Source: Camelus ferus
Lineage: Eukaryota
Direction: 5' to 3'
Assembly (NCBI RefSeq): GCF_009834535.1
Contig: NC_045696.1
Span: forward strand, 111,664,001-111,728,000
DNA length: 64,000 nt
This document shows positions 1 to 12,120 of the stretch, in pieces. The number at the start of each line of letters is the position of its first letter. Within the stretch, counting starts at the first letter, position 1. A model generated the notes under the pieces. That model was not told where the DNA came from and made no database searches. It saw only the letters and a list, made by a program, of their open reading frames with translations. A program made the position numbers and the translations under genes.

Positions 1-149
1 TTTCTGAATTGTAACTAAACATTTCCTGAAGTTAGGGATGAATGAAGAAGCTCCAATATCTTGCTTGGAATTAGGTATTTACATTAAATGACAAATTTTG
101 CATAAAATTTGCACTACTTGAAAAGGCACATAATTTAGTAGGAAGAACA

Positions 150-295
150 TACGGACAGATCTGAGTTCTCCTCCTGGTTCTTTCACTCACTCACTGTGAC
201 TTCCAGCAAACCATTAAATGTTTTCTGGCCTCACATTCTCACTAGTAAAAGGAAGGACTGAGAACATTGTTCCCCAAGCTTCCTTTCAGCTCCAT
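150..295 (+). mobile_element. MIR-family SINE fragment
   Basis: Degenerate MIR core (GACAGATCTGAGTTC...CTCACTGTGACTT...GGCCTCACATTCTCACTAGTAAAA). Confidence 0.55.
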
Positions 296-655
296 TAAGC
301 TGCACTTGCTGACATCTGAGCTAAGGGCTTGTTTATGAAGGACCATTTTATTCTTATTGCTTTTACTTTTCTCTTTCCAATTATATCAGCATTTTCTGAG
401 CTCTATACAAAAGTTGGGAAAATAGACATGAAGTATAAAGAAGAAAAAATAAATAATAATCTTATCACCTAGAAACAACAATGCTAACATTATTAGTATT
501 TTCCAAGTACATTTTACATGACTTATAAAATTTTATATCTGTTTTCTCCTGGTATTGTATTAAGAATTTTTTCTAACATAATCAAACATTTGATTGTAAT
601 CAAACATTTAAAATGAAACATTTAAACATAATGTTTCCTGCTGTAATCAAACATT

Positions 656-2100
656 GAGTGTTCTACACACTAAGAATGAGCTATCACATAGAGAAAGTAG
701 AGAGACAATCCTGTTTAAAATTGCATCAAAAAGAATAAAATACCTAGGAATAAACTTAACCAAGGAGGGGAGAAGCTTATATTCTGAAAACTATAAAACA
801 TTGATGAAAATTGAAGATGATGCAAAGAAATAAAAAGATAATCTCATGCTCTTGAATTGAAAGAATTAATATTGTTTAAATGTCCATAAGTACCCAAAGC
901 AGCCTACAGATTTAATGCAATCTCTATCAAAATACCATGACGTTTTTCACAGAACTAGAACAAATAATCCTAAAAATCATAAGGAACCACAAAGACCCCA
1001 AGTTTCCAAAGCAATATTTTGAAAAAGAACAAAACTGGAGGTATTACCAGATGTGAGACTCTACCATAAAGCTACAGTAACCAAAACAGCATGGAGCTGA
1101 CACGAAAGAAAAAACATTGATCAGTGAAACAGAATACAGAGCCCAGAAATAAATCCACATACCTAGGATCAATTAATCTACAAAAAAGGAGTCTAGAATA
1201 TACAATGAAGGAAATAGAGGCTCTTGAACAAGTGGTGCTGGGAAAACTGGGCAGCTACATGTACAAGAATGATATTAGAACATTGCCTCACATCATATAT
1301 GAAAATAAACTCAAAATGGATTAAAGACCTAAATGTAAGCCCTGAAAACATAAAACTCCTAGAAGAGAACAAAGGCAGAACACTCACTGGCATAAATCGT
1401 AGCAAAATATTTTTGGCTCTCTCTCCTAAAGCAAAAGAAATAAAAACAAAAATTAACAACTGGGACCTAATTAAACTTAAAAGCTTTTGCACAGCAAAAG
1501 AAACTGTCAACAAAATGAAAAGACAACCTATGGAATGGAATAAAATATTTCTAAAGATGTGACCAACAAGGGGTTAATATCCAAAATATACAAACTGCTC
1601 ATACAACTCAATATCAAAAAACAAACAAACAACCCAATCAAAAAGTGAGCAGAAGACCTGAATAGACATTTTTCCAAAGAAGATATACAGGTAACTAACA
1701 GGCACATGAAAAGATGTTCAACATTACTAATTATCAGAGAAATGCAAATCGAAACCACAATGAGTGATCACCTCATACTTGTCAGAACGGCTAGCATCAT
1801 AAAGCCTGCAAATAACAAATGTTGGAGAGAATATGGAGAAAAGGGAACCCTCATACACTGTTGGGTGGGAATGTAAATTGGTGCAGCCACTATGCAAAAC
1901 AATATGGAGAGTCCTGAAAATATTAAAAATATAACTACCATCTGATCCAACAATTCCACTCCTAGGTATATATCAGGAAAAAATAAATACACTAATTTGT
2001 AAAGATACTACCCCAGTGTTCATAGCAGCACTATCTATAATAGCCAAGATATGGAAGCAACCCAAACATCCAGCAATAGACGGATGGATAAAGAAGATGT

Positions 2101-2158
<58 letters not shown>

Positions 2159-2614
2159 GGAATATTACTCGGTCATAAAAAAGAATAAAATTCTATCTGC
2201 CATTTGTAGCAACATGGGTGGACTTAGAAAATATGCTTAGTGAAATAAGTTAGACAGAGAAAGAAAAATACTGTATGATACCACTTATATTTGGAATCTA
2301 AAAAACAATACAAATAAATGTATATGCAAAACAGAAACAGCCTTACAGATATATAAAGCAAACTGGTGGTTATCAAATGGGAGAGGGAAGTGGGGAGGGG
2401 CAAGACAGGGATATGAGACTGAGAGATATGAACGACTATATATAAAATAGATAAGTAGTAAGGTTATATTTTATAGCCCAGGGAATTATAGCCATTATCT
2501 TGTAATAACTTTCAACGGCATCTGACCTGTAAAAATATTGTATCACTATGCTGTACTCCTGAAACTAATATTGTAAATCAACAATACTTCAATTTAAAAA
2601 AACAATTTTTAGCA
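656..2614 (+). mobile_element. 5'-truncated LINE-1 (ORF2 3' part plus 3'UTR), decayed
   Basis: ORF 1224..1562 is L1 ORF2p-like (NKWCWENW...[11 protein letters not shown]...[15 protein letters not shown]). Has 3'UTR and A-rich tail. TSD CTGTAATCAAA(C/T)ATT at 641-655 and 2615-2629. Confidence 0.95.
2105..2156. repeat. (CA)26 microsatellite inside L1
   Basis: Perfect CA run read directly. Confidence 0.98.
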
Positions 2615-3065
2615 CTGTAATCAAATATTTGTTGAAATATATCTTTTAAAATATAATTTATTTTTATTGATTTATAAGTAGTGTGTTTATTATAGAATAC
2701 TTGGAAACTACCAAAAAAAAAACCATAAAGAACAAAATTTTATATTTCCCAAATGTTAATTCCTGTTCATCCTTGGATGTAAATATTCCAGTTATATATG
2801 ATAAAAATTTTACCACATTAATTGTCTCACATCATGTAATAGCTGTGTAGTCCTTGATCATAGAAACTACCAAACGTATTTAAGCAACCCTTTACTGTAG
2901 TTGCATGCTTAGGTTTTTAATCCAGTCTAATGTTTTAAAAAGATTGCTACTACTGTTTTATTAATAATGCTAGCTTTATTAATGTGCATTTTAAAGTTTC
3001 AGATTTAAAGCTACCAGTTTGCTATAATACTTAGAGCAAATATAACTCAGTTATCTGTACCAGGA

Positions 3066-3270
3066 GTTGTCCCTAGTATTTTGCATGTATTATTTCATTT
3101 AATCCTTGAGACAATCCTATGAGGGAGGTGCTATGTATCCCCATTTTATAGATGATTGAATCAAGGCTTGGAGAGCTCAGTGGCTTGCCTCAAGTTTGAT
3201 GAGTAAGGTTGGTAAGTAACAGAGCCAGTATTAAAACCCGTCAGAAATCAGAATCCAGGCTCTGAACCTG
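3066..3270 (-). mobile_element. MIR SINE
   Basis: ATTTCATTTAATCCT...ACAATCCTATGAGG...CCCCATTTTATAGATG...AGAGCCAG, the MIR core in antisense. Confidence 0.85.
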
Positions 3271-3329
3271 GTGACAGCCATTTCCTCAGTATGCCCGTGG
3301 ATAATATGTATTAATTTGCTTATATAAAG

Positions 3330-3465
3330 TCTCAGTCTTCTGAAACCCTGAGAAGTAGGTCTTACTATTCTCATTTAGCAGATTAGAAAACTAAAACTTA
3401 ATGGAGTTAAACAAAAATGCTAAGAAACTGAAATCCCCAAGTGATAGAAACAGGATGGAATCCCA
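3330..3465 (-). mobile_element. MIR SINE fragment
   Basis: AACCCTGAGAAGTAGG...ATTCTCATTTAGCAGATTAGAAAACT. Confidence 0.65.
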
Positions 3466-3499
3466 TGCTAATGACTTATGTTTTTTAATCATTTCACGG

Positions 3500-4900
3500 A
3501 GATTTTAATACACTTTATTTATTGGTTTAACTGATACATTTGTTATATCTTGTTGATGTGTTTTTCGCTTAATTGTTTAAGCTTTGTTATTTCCTTTTTT
3601 TCTTTTTTTTTTTTTGTTTTCTTTGCTTTTGTATACTCTAGTGTATCAAAGGCATATGTGCTATTTTTAATTTTGTTAATGATTACCTTAAATTGTTTTC
3701 CAAAATTATCCTTGGATCTATATTCAAAAAGAGTATGTTTTAATTTCCTTTCATAAGGGGTTCTGTTCTCCCCCTACCACCAACCACCTACCCCTTCTCA
3801 ATCATTATTACTGTAACCTAGTAATAACCTATATCATTATTATATAACTATTTATTGATCTGTGATTAAATGTATTACTTATTAATAATAGATACAGAAG
3901 ATATTGTTTGTTAAACTGTATTTTTGGTTTTGCACTACACATTTTTCAAAAACCTTATTTAGCACTAGTATTCAGTAACATAGAAGATTTGCAGTAGGTA
4001 GTTAGATGTATCTTGTGAAGTTAGTTCCAGCTACACTGCAGTCATTCTTCATACAACATCTTCTGAGCTCTTGAGAGCTCTCCTGAGCTCTCAGCTCCAC
4101 CTTCCCAGCAGTCACGCTGCGCTCCAGTTGGAGGCATCTGACTTTAATACCCTGGTAGATTTCTTTCCTCCCTGGCTAGAGATTTATAAGATTGTACTCC
4201 CTTGTCATTTAGTTCAATATTTTTCTCTGGATAAGTTTGAATAAGGGTCTCTTTTCAGTTATTTTTACAGGACCATAATGGACTCTTTCAAAACTCCTAG
4301 TCTTTTTATCTCATCTATTACATTCATGCTTATTTCTTTTGTTCCAATATTCCTCTCATGAACACAAGTTATTCATTTGCTGAGTCTTTATTCTGTCTTC
4401 CTTATATTACCTTCTTTCATTTTCATCAAATTTATTTGTTATTTCTACATTCTAGGAGAGTAAGTGTTCATTGATTTGATTTCCTATAATGCCAAGTCAT
4501 CACTTTTTGCCTCTAATGTAGAATTTAATTCTACTATTTAATTTGTAATGTACTTGCAATCTTTTCTAATATTATCCATTTCCATTTTCATTTCACCCTC
4601 TTGCCTTTCCAACAGAGCCTTTCCCCCTTTATAAATTTTGGCTGCTGTTCCATAAAGGCCATGCCTCCTTACTTCCTACTGAGAATATCTGTTTCTTCAT
4701 AGTTTATCCTAAATCTACAATAGGTCATGTTTAGAAGTGTGGTCTTCTTCAAAGACTTCATGTGTCTTTAATCATTTATGTCATTTTTCCATTAGCTCCA
4801 TGTTGGTTGTGGGTTTGATTCTTGCTCTTTCTTCATCTTTGGTGAGGAAATATTGCCACTGAGTAGCAGTTTCTTGGTACCACTTGCCGGGAGCAGTACT
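3500..4900 (-). mobile_element. Highly degraded ancient L1 (L1M-type) sequence
   Basis: Long T-rich strand bias typical of antisense old L1. No diagnostic protein motif recovered. Confidence 0.35.
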
Positions 4901-5214
4901 CCCTATTCTACTGAGGTAATAATGTTGCCTTTCACACCATCTCCTTGGTGTTCTGGTTCTCTAAACTAATGAAGACAAGTTATTACCATCTACAGCCTGC
5001 ACTGCCAAGACCTCGCCCGTGTCTGCTGTCTTTAGCACTTTCCTCCTGGAGACCGTATCTCCCAGGATGCCATTGGCCACTACCAGATACCCTGAACTTC
5101 TTTGTCATTCGTTTCTAAGAGTGGTTGTCTCTGATCTTTTAAATAATGTTGATGAGGGAAAGAGGAGAGGAAAGAGTAACGTGGCAGCCTCAAGAATCAG
5201 CATCAAGGTAGGAT

Positions 5215-5380
5215 AGCAATGTCTCTGAAATTTTAGCTGCATCAGTCACCTGCAGGTGATTCTGAGCCCCCACCCAGAGATTCTGATTCAGTGGATCTGA
5301 GATGAGACTTGCAAATTTTCATTTCTAACAAATTTCCACATAATGCTGATGCCACCGGCTTGAGGACCCTACACTGAGAT
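5215..5380. mobile_element. MER5A-like hAT-Charlie MITE
   Basis: CCCCCACCCAGAGATTCTGATTCAGTGGATCTG...ATTTCTAACAA...ATGCTGATGC...ACACTGAGA. Confidence 0.85.
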
Positions 5381-5613
5381 CTGCTGCGTACATCCGGGGG
5401 ATGTATGCCCTTTTCTCTGAAAGCAAGACCCCATGAGTCAAAGCAGACTGTAGTGATGGAGAGAGCCCTTTTTATCCACTTGGGTTTTACATCATGAAGC
5501 CAAACCTGAACAGATTTTCTCAGGTTAGAAGAGATTAAAATTTCCAGCATCAATTTATCTGTTGGTTTTTCTGGAGTGGTCATTATAGATATTTTAGTGA
5601 GAAAAGATGTTTT

Positions 5614-5722
5614 GGAATATGAAAATGAATATATATATATATATATATATATGCATGACTAGGACATTATGCTGTACCCCATAATCTGATACATGGTAAC
5701 TGACTATACTTCCATTAAAAAA
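5614..5722 (+). mobile_element. Severely 5'-truncated L1 3' end with (TA)n
   Basis: L1 terminal motif GTAACTGACTATACTTCCATTAAAAAAA. Perfect 14-bp TSD AGAAAAGATGTTTT at 5600-5613 and 5723-5736. Confidence 0.9.
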
Positions 5723-6829
5723 AGAAAAGATGTTTTAAGGGCTGCTAGCCAGATACCTTTCTAAACCAAAAGTTTGTAAACATCATTTTTTAAAACAACA
5801 TAATATTCCTTCAGATGAATGTTCCATAATTGCTTCATCATTCTCCTAATGCTGTACTCTTAGGCTAAAAGGCTACTCAATTTTTCAGTATTAGTAGGTG
5901 AAGGCACTTGAACAACTTTATAAATGAAGTCATTTCTGCATCTTTAGATGATTTCCCTTGATAAATTATGAAAAGAATAATTACTTGACCCCTTTCATGG
6001 CTATAGACACAAATTGCCAAATTCTTTCCTCAAGAGTGTATTGTAGCAATAAACATCAGGTACTCTCATAGTAGGGAAACCCACAATTTTGTTAATCTCA
6101 TATAAGAAAAGGAGTAGTATCTCGTTATTGTTTTAGTTTGCTTTTCTTTTCCTTTCCTTTTATTTTATTTTATTTTATTTTAGTCAGGGAATGTATCTGC
6201 CCCCACCCTTCATACTCAAAACGTTCCTGGGACCAGGCACACACCAAAACCAGCATAACAAAAGGGGCCTTTGGTAGTGGAATTCTAGTGGGTAAAATGG
6301 CCAGAACCTCCTTCATCATAATATGCAGAAGACATGTTGGTGTTGATATTGTCAGTCAGCTAGTCTGGGCGTGTGGGAGGCCTTTTTTTTGACACCATCA
6401 TAAGAGTGGGTTGTGCTGAAGGCCTGACTTTTCCGATGCACCCCCAGTACACCCCCAGTATCCAAAGCCCATGACACTTCCAGGAGAGCTAAATCTAGAA
6501 TAATCACCAGAACTTTCATGAGAGGTTACACACAAGAAAAAATAGGTTCCTGGACAGGAGACATAGAAGGAGGAAAGAGAGGAAGGGAACAAAAAAGGTT
6601 TTAAAAGACCAAGGGCTGGGAGAAAAGGGGAAGAGCCTAGAGGGGACCCACAGTGGCAGGTCCTCAGTTGACCTTGAAAAGGTCAACAGTAAGGTGCCCT
6701 AAGAGTAGTAGGACACTCAGATCCTACATCCACCCTTTAGGGGAGCCAGGGTTTGGAGCAAATAGGTTATAGACCCTCTTTCTGAGTTCTTCCTGAAACA
6801 CATCAGTTCCCACACTGGACACTGTAAAG

Positions 6830-6985
6830 CAGCTGTTCTCAACCCTGGCTGCAATCAGACTCATTTAGGGAGTTAAAAAAACAAAAAACAAAAAAAAAAC
6901 CCTGATTCTCAGGACCATAATTGGGTACCAGTGTTGTTTAGCAATTCTTCAGGTGATTCTGATGTGTCATCATGGTTTAGAACAT
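6830..6985. mobile_element. MER5B-like hAT MITE
   Basis: CAGCTGTTCTCAACCCTGGCTGCA...CAGGTGATTCTGATGTG...GGTTTAGAAC. Confidence 0.75.
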
Positions 6986-7529
6986 GGGGGAAAGATAAAG
7001 AAAGACCATTCAAACCCAGAGTCAAGAACAGTAGGATTCCTCTTCTGTATGTTTAAGTCCCTGACCAGGGAATGGGAGGTTCATCTGGGAAGGAACCGCC
7101 TTCCACAATAAAGATTCTAGTGCGTGGTTAGGAATTCAGTATGAACGTTTCTCCACAAGCCATCCCATAATCATTTAGGCAGTGGGTTCATATCTGTAAA
7201 TCCGGGTGGTCTCTGCTTGCTCTCTGAGTCCACTAGCAAGAGCTGACTGCTGGTCATTTGTAAAGTGCCGTGATGCAGTTCTGAGTACAGTATTATTGTC
7301 TCTAATTCCACCTCATGCTGAAGGGTACATTTAATGGTGTGTAAACAGAGCAGCTGAAATGTAAATGCTAATTTACAGAAGCAAATTTTCTTTTCTTTTT
7401 CTCCTTTCAATGCTTATACTTGAGTGTTTGCAATATTAGCAAAGCTTATGATGATGGATTTGAGACTAGATACTGTAATAATAAAGTTCTTTTGCTATTT
7501 TAAATTTTAAATAACTAAGGTTGCAGGAT

Positions 7530-7740
7530 GCTAAAAGGAGTCTCGGAAGGACCCTTAAAATTTCTACTCATCTATTTTTTGTATAATGGTTATATCATCA
7601 CACCAGAAAATTCTATAAAAGTCCACAGTGTACATGTGATAGAATTGGAGTAGAAAAGTCAAATAATCTCCCGGTATTATCAAGAAAATACTTTTAATCA
7701 CATAAACCCTAGGAGATGGTCTACACTTTGAGAACCGTCA
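7530..7740. mobile_element. hAT-Charlie-type DNA transposon fragment
   Basis: Ends in the Charlie-like terminus ACACTTTGAGAACC. Subfamily not resolved. Confidence 0.45.
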
Positions 7741-7852
7741 TCCTACACTGGGCTGCCTCTGTGTTACGAGAAAGATTCCACCTGCTATTTATCATACCAA
7801 CAATTCAGATACCACAATGTAACATTAAGCCTAGATCTGCAGGAATTCAAGA

Positions 7853-8070
7853 CAGAATCAGAAAATCTGAATTTGTATTCTAATACCACCACTTGAAAGG
7901 GAGGTAGCCTTGGGAAAATTATTTCATCTCTCTGAGCCTCTGTTCCTCCAAGGGTACACATTTCATTCTAACCACAGTTACAGGAGCTAAAATTAAATGG
8001 CATACAAATTAAGAGGAAATATCCACCATGGTTTCTAGCCTGCAATAGGGGTTCCATAAATATATGTAGA
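7853..8070 (+). mobile_element. MIR SINE
   Basis: CCTTGGGAAAATTATTTCATCTCTCTGAGCCTCTGTTCCTC core and L2-like tail. Confidence 0.75.
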
Positions 8071-8539
8071 ATTTCTAAGCGTCATTTTACTCCCATGTGG
8101 AATAAACAAAGTAAAAAGAAAAACAAAAGCTGTAAGAAAGAGCCTTAATCTACTTCCCTTAGCAGCTCAACAATGTTAAATGATTCAAATCCATCTGATT
8201 GCAATTCTTTGAACTTCTGTGCCTGATGCTATGTTCCCGAGAAGAGAAGAACTCTGAAGAACTATTGTTTTTCAGTTCTTCCACCTTTGATGAAATACAT
8301 CCAACACTTTTACTGGAAAATGTATGTTGTCATCGCAAAGTTGAGAATCCCAGGGGTCTCCAGTCATCTTAAGCACTATAATGGAATTTTCTATACAAGC
8401 CTATTTCACTTTGTTGTTTAATACCTAACTACATGTTCTAAGCATCATTAGAAAGGTGTATGTATATGGCAAGGAGGTGATGTATGAGATCACGAAATCA
8501 AGTAAGTAATGGAAAACCTTGGGAATCATTTGTTTAAAT

Positions 8540-8758
8540 CTAGGGTTGGCAAACTTTTTCTGTAAAGGACCAGATGGTTAGTTTTTAGCCTTTGTACACC
8601 ATATCATCTTTGTTGCAACTACTCAACTCTGCCTCAGTACTAAAGTAGCCATGAACAATATGTAAATAAACCAGCATAACTGTGTTCTAATATACCTTTT
8701 TTACAGAAACCCGTGGTGAGCCACATTTGGCCCATGAGTTCTCATTCGCTGACCCCTG
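8540..8758 (+). mobile_element. MER58A hAT MITE
   Basis: Termini AGGGTTGGCAAAC...GCTGACCCCTG. Internal TTGCAACTACTCAACTCTGCC. 8-bp TSD GTTTAAAT / ATTTAAAG. Confidence 0.9.
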
Positions 8759-9784
8759 ATTTAAAGGATGACACCAAAAGTGAATTTTTTTTTTTTTAAT
8801 ACTGATCTATCAGTCAACTCTTCTAGGCGTGTTCTAAAATGGCCTGGAAAAATATCCAGGCAATTGAATCCAAACCAACTTGGGACTTGGGTTGGAGGAT
8901 CTTTCTTCCAGGCCTGAATTAATCAAGAACTTGTTTCTCTTTGAACTAAACTCACGACAACTCCTCAAGGATGAGGCACCAGATTTCCATTTATCTTCTG
9001 GTTTTATCACAGCTGTGCCACTCCTGTCAGCAAAACTCCAAGACTGTCAGCATTTTCATTATAATGCTAGCATCCCAGGAGGTTATAAATCTGCCTAAGA
9101 TAGCCTGAGCTAAAACTTGGCATGAGCGCTTCTAGATCACGAATTTTCTCAAGGATGACAAGCTGGCTCAACAAAAAGTAAGTTCATACTGAAAGCTAGA
9201 CCGAAAAATTCCTTTTGTAAAGTTCAGAACAAGTTTTGGCTGTGAAGATTCTGACACAAGTCAATTTAACAGTCATTTATTGAGTTCCTACCATGGGTAG
9301 CCTCTGTTATTTATCTGTCCCACTTTACATCCCTCGGGGAACTCCTCCCCCCTAATGAATGTCAGCCTCTAATGGAGCTGTCAGTCAGGCGGCTTGCCAC
9401 CCCTTCCCCCAGAGTAGTTCATCCAAGTGAGCCAGTTAGATTATTCTATCTCTCTAGGTGCAGAATTCATCCAAGGACAATTGGGGACTGTTCCCCTTTA
9501 CAAGGTTGTTACAGTTTCTGGGAACAAGAGACTCTCTCTCATTCTTTGCTAGTTACAAAGTAGCCACAAGAACCTGGAGCTTCTGTGTGGGATGAATCTG
9601 AGGGACCATGGAGCATCCTGCTGGCGACACCCAGTAGGCAGCTGGATCCGGGATGCAGTTATGGATTTGGGAATCAGTAGTGGGCTTCGAACAACAGTTT
9701 GAAGAAACTTCTGGGGTCCTGCAGTTTCCTAGAACATAGTTTAAGAGTACTAAGAACACAGGTAGGAAGTAAAAAGTAAAAACA

Positions 9785-9900
9785 ACTGCTCAACAGATAT
9801 ACTGTGCTCCTGTTATGTGCTGCATCCTAGGTTAGGTGCTAGGGATCTAAATAAGAATGAGAATGATGTATCTTACTGATAAGGAGATACAGAGTCAATG
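9785..9900 (-). mobile_element. L2 3' fragment
   Basis: CAACAGATATACTGTGCTCCTGTTATGTGC...TAGGTGCTAGGGAT. Confidence 0.6.
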
Positions 9901-10462
9901 TACTTATTTGTTCCTGGTCCCTTAAGATTTAGGTAATAATGACGTTCAGTCCCTACACCATGACCCATGGAAGTCAAAGCTTTCCTGAAAGGTTTTCTGG
10001 AGTCCCAGGGCCTGATGTTCCCAGTCACCCCTCTCTCCAGCTTCCTACTTCCACATGTTTCTGTTGAGCAACAGCCTAGATGAGGAGCACACTTAGGAAC
10101 CCCAAAAGCACGTACCACCCATTCATTTGGCACGCGTTGATGTTCTATTCATTTACTTGCACTTGTGAATATCATAATTCTTCAAATACACAATGGACTC
10201 AAGTGTAAACAGAGACTGCATCATAAGACCTCAGCAGTGGTGCTAACGTCTTTGCTGATTAAACCTTATTCCACTCATTCAACCTGCACTTCCCTTGAGA
10301 GGGCTCTCCCCTTCTTTCTTTGTGCAAGTCACAGGGAAGTAGCTGCCCCGGTCACTAGTTACCCAGACCCCCCTCCCCCGCCAGGAAAGTGGCCACAGCA
10401 TGTTCTCCTGTGGCAGCGCCAGCGGAAAGGACAGGCAAGAGTGTGTCCATTCAGAAACGCTG

Positions 10463-10880
10463 GTGCATTAGGTTAGGCTAAGTGACTGCGACAAATATAT
10501 CCAAAAATGCTAAGCGGTACAAACATAATTGAAGTTTATTGTTCGCTCACAAAGCAGCCTGAGATTCGTGTTCTTGACTGGCTATGATTCTCCCCTGTAG
10601 TGATTCGGGGACCCAGGTTCCTTCTATCCCATGGTTCTAAGATACCTGTAGCCTCACCGCCATCTGTGTCTGTCAGTTACAAAGAAAATGGAGCATGGAG
10701 GAGGCTCCAGGCTTCCTTAAAAGCCAGGCCCAGAGGTAGCACGCATCACATGCATCCCATGGACACATTTACTGCAGGGTCAGCTGGGAAAGGTAGTCCA
10801 TGCAATACGCCTTGCCGAAATCCAATGGCTGTATAAAGAGAGAATGGATGGTGGTGGACGGCACGTGGACCTACCATCCT
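10463..10880 (-). mobile_element. MaLR MLT1 (J/L-like) solo LTR
   Basis: TTAGGTTAGGCT...AAGTTTATTGTTCGCTCAC...GTGATTCGGGGACCCAGG...GCTGGGAAAGGTAGTC. Confidence 0.8.
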
Positions 10881-11422
10881 TGATGTATCCACTTAGATTA
10901 AGATCATCCCAGCAGAGAAAATAACAGGCAAGAGGCTCCATGCCCTCTCTTTTTCCCTTTTTATTCATTACTGAGCCTTTTCTCTTATGTTCTCAGGTTT
11001 CCTTCTATATAACCTCCTCCCAAGCTCCCCCTAATTCCACTCTCTCTTTTTGATTACAGGAAGGAAGGACTTCAATAATCTCTCCATTGAAATCGTGGCT
11101 TTATTTCTAAGCGTTTTACAGACCAAGTCACGAATGTCCAATTTATTCATTATCCCTACAAGCAAAATATAGCATGCAAAATATTCCCAGCCTTGCAGGA
11201 CCACACCTAGAAACTCTTACAAGGCAGCTTTTCCAAATGTATTATTTATCTTGACAATTTCCCCCTTTTGAATACCTTCTGAAGCTTCTCTCCTGGTCAG
11301 CGCTCCCAGGCCCGTGTACACCTCTGCACCCTCAGTTCTAGGCCTGCACATGCCCCATTATTAACTGAATTGTCCTCCACGATCCCAGTTATGCTAACCT
11401 GAAAAAAGGCAGTGCACACACT

Positions 11423-12120
11423 TGTCAATAAATATTTATTAAGAGCCTACCACGTGCTTAGCGATGGGAAGGACACTGGAGATTGGAGGATGAAGAGAAT
11501 ATACTTGCAGATCACCAAGGATTTACTGTCTAGCGTGGGAAACAGGTTATAAACAGGTATTTACAGCCTGCTGCTGTCATAGAGCTCTGCACAAGTCTCC
11601 ATAAAACAAGAAGGAAGGAAGCACTGAGCTCTCCTTGAAGATGTCAGGGAAGTATTATTCACCAGAATTATCAGGTCCCCAGTCTGTTCATAGTGCTAGG
11701 GTGGGCAGAGTGAAGGCCACGAGAGAAATAAACTGTTCCCACCTTGTCCTTGGTGAGCATGTCATCTGCATGCATAGGGCTGTAACGTCCTCTGCAAGGC
11801 TGTAGAGTGTTGTGACTCAATGAAGAGGGATATTAATGATGCCAAAGGGGAGGTAAGCTTCCCGCGGGAGGGTGAGACTTCAGCTGGACCTGGAAGATTT
11901 GTTTTGATTTGGGTAGGCATTGCGTGTGAAGCTACCTGGCTTTCCAGACAAAGGAAAGAGATGGAGTGGGCTAGAGCAGGGGAAAATACAGGCGGTACGT
12001 GCCTGAAGGAGGCAGTAAATTAATCTTTCTGGTGTAAAAGGGATTTTTAGACTATAATGGAGAGACTGTAAGAGCAGCTAGCTGGAGTCCAACCTTAAGA
12101 GTTGAACAGCTGAGCTAGGA
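11423..12120 (-). mobile_element. L2 fragments
   Basis: CAATAAATATTTATTAAGAGCCTACCACGTGC, the L2 3' end in antisense, followed by degraded L2-like sequence. Confidence 0.6.

Noticed and set aside
1973..2155. VCVCVC ORF
   Set aside because: It is the (CA)n repeat read in antisense within an L1.
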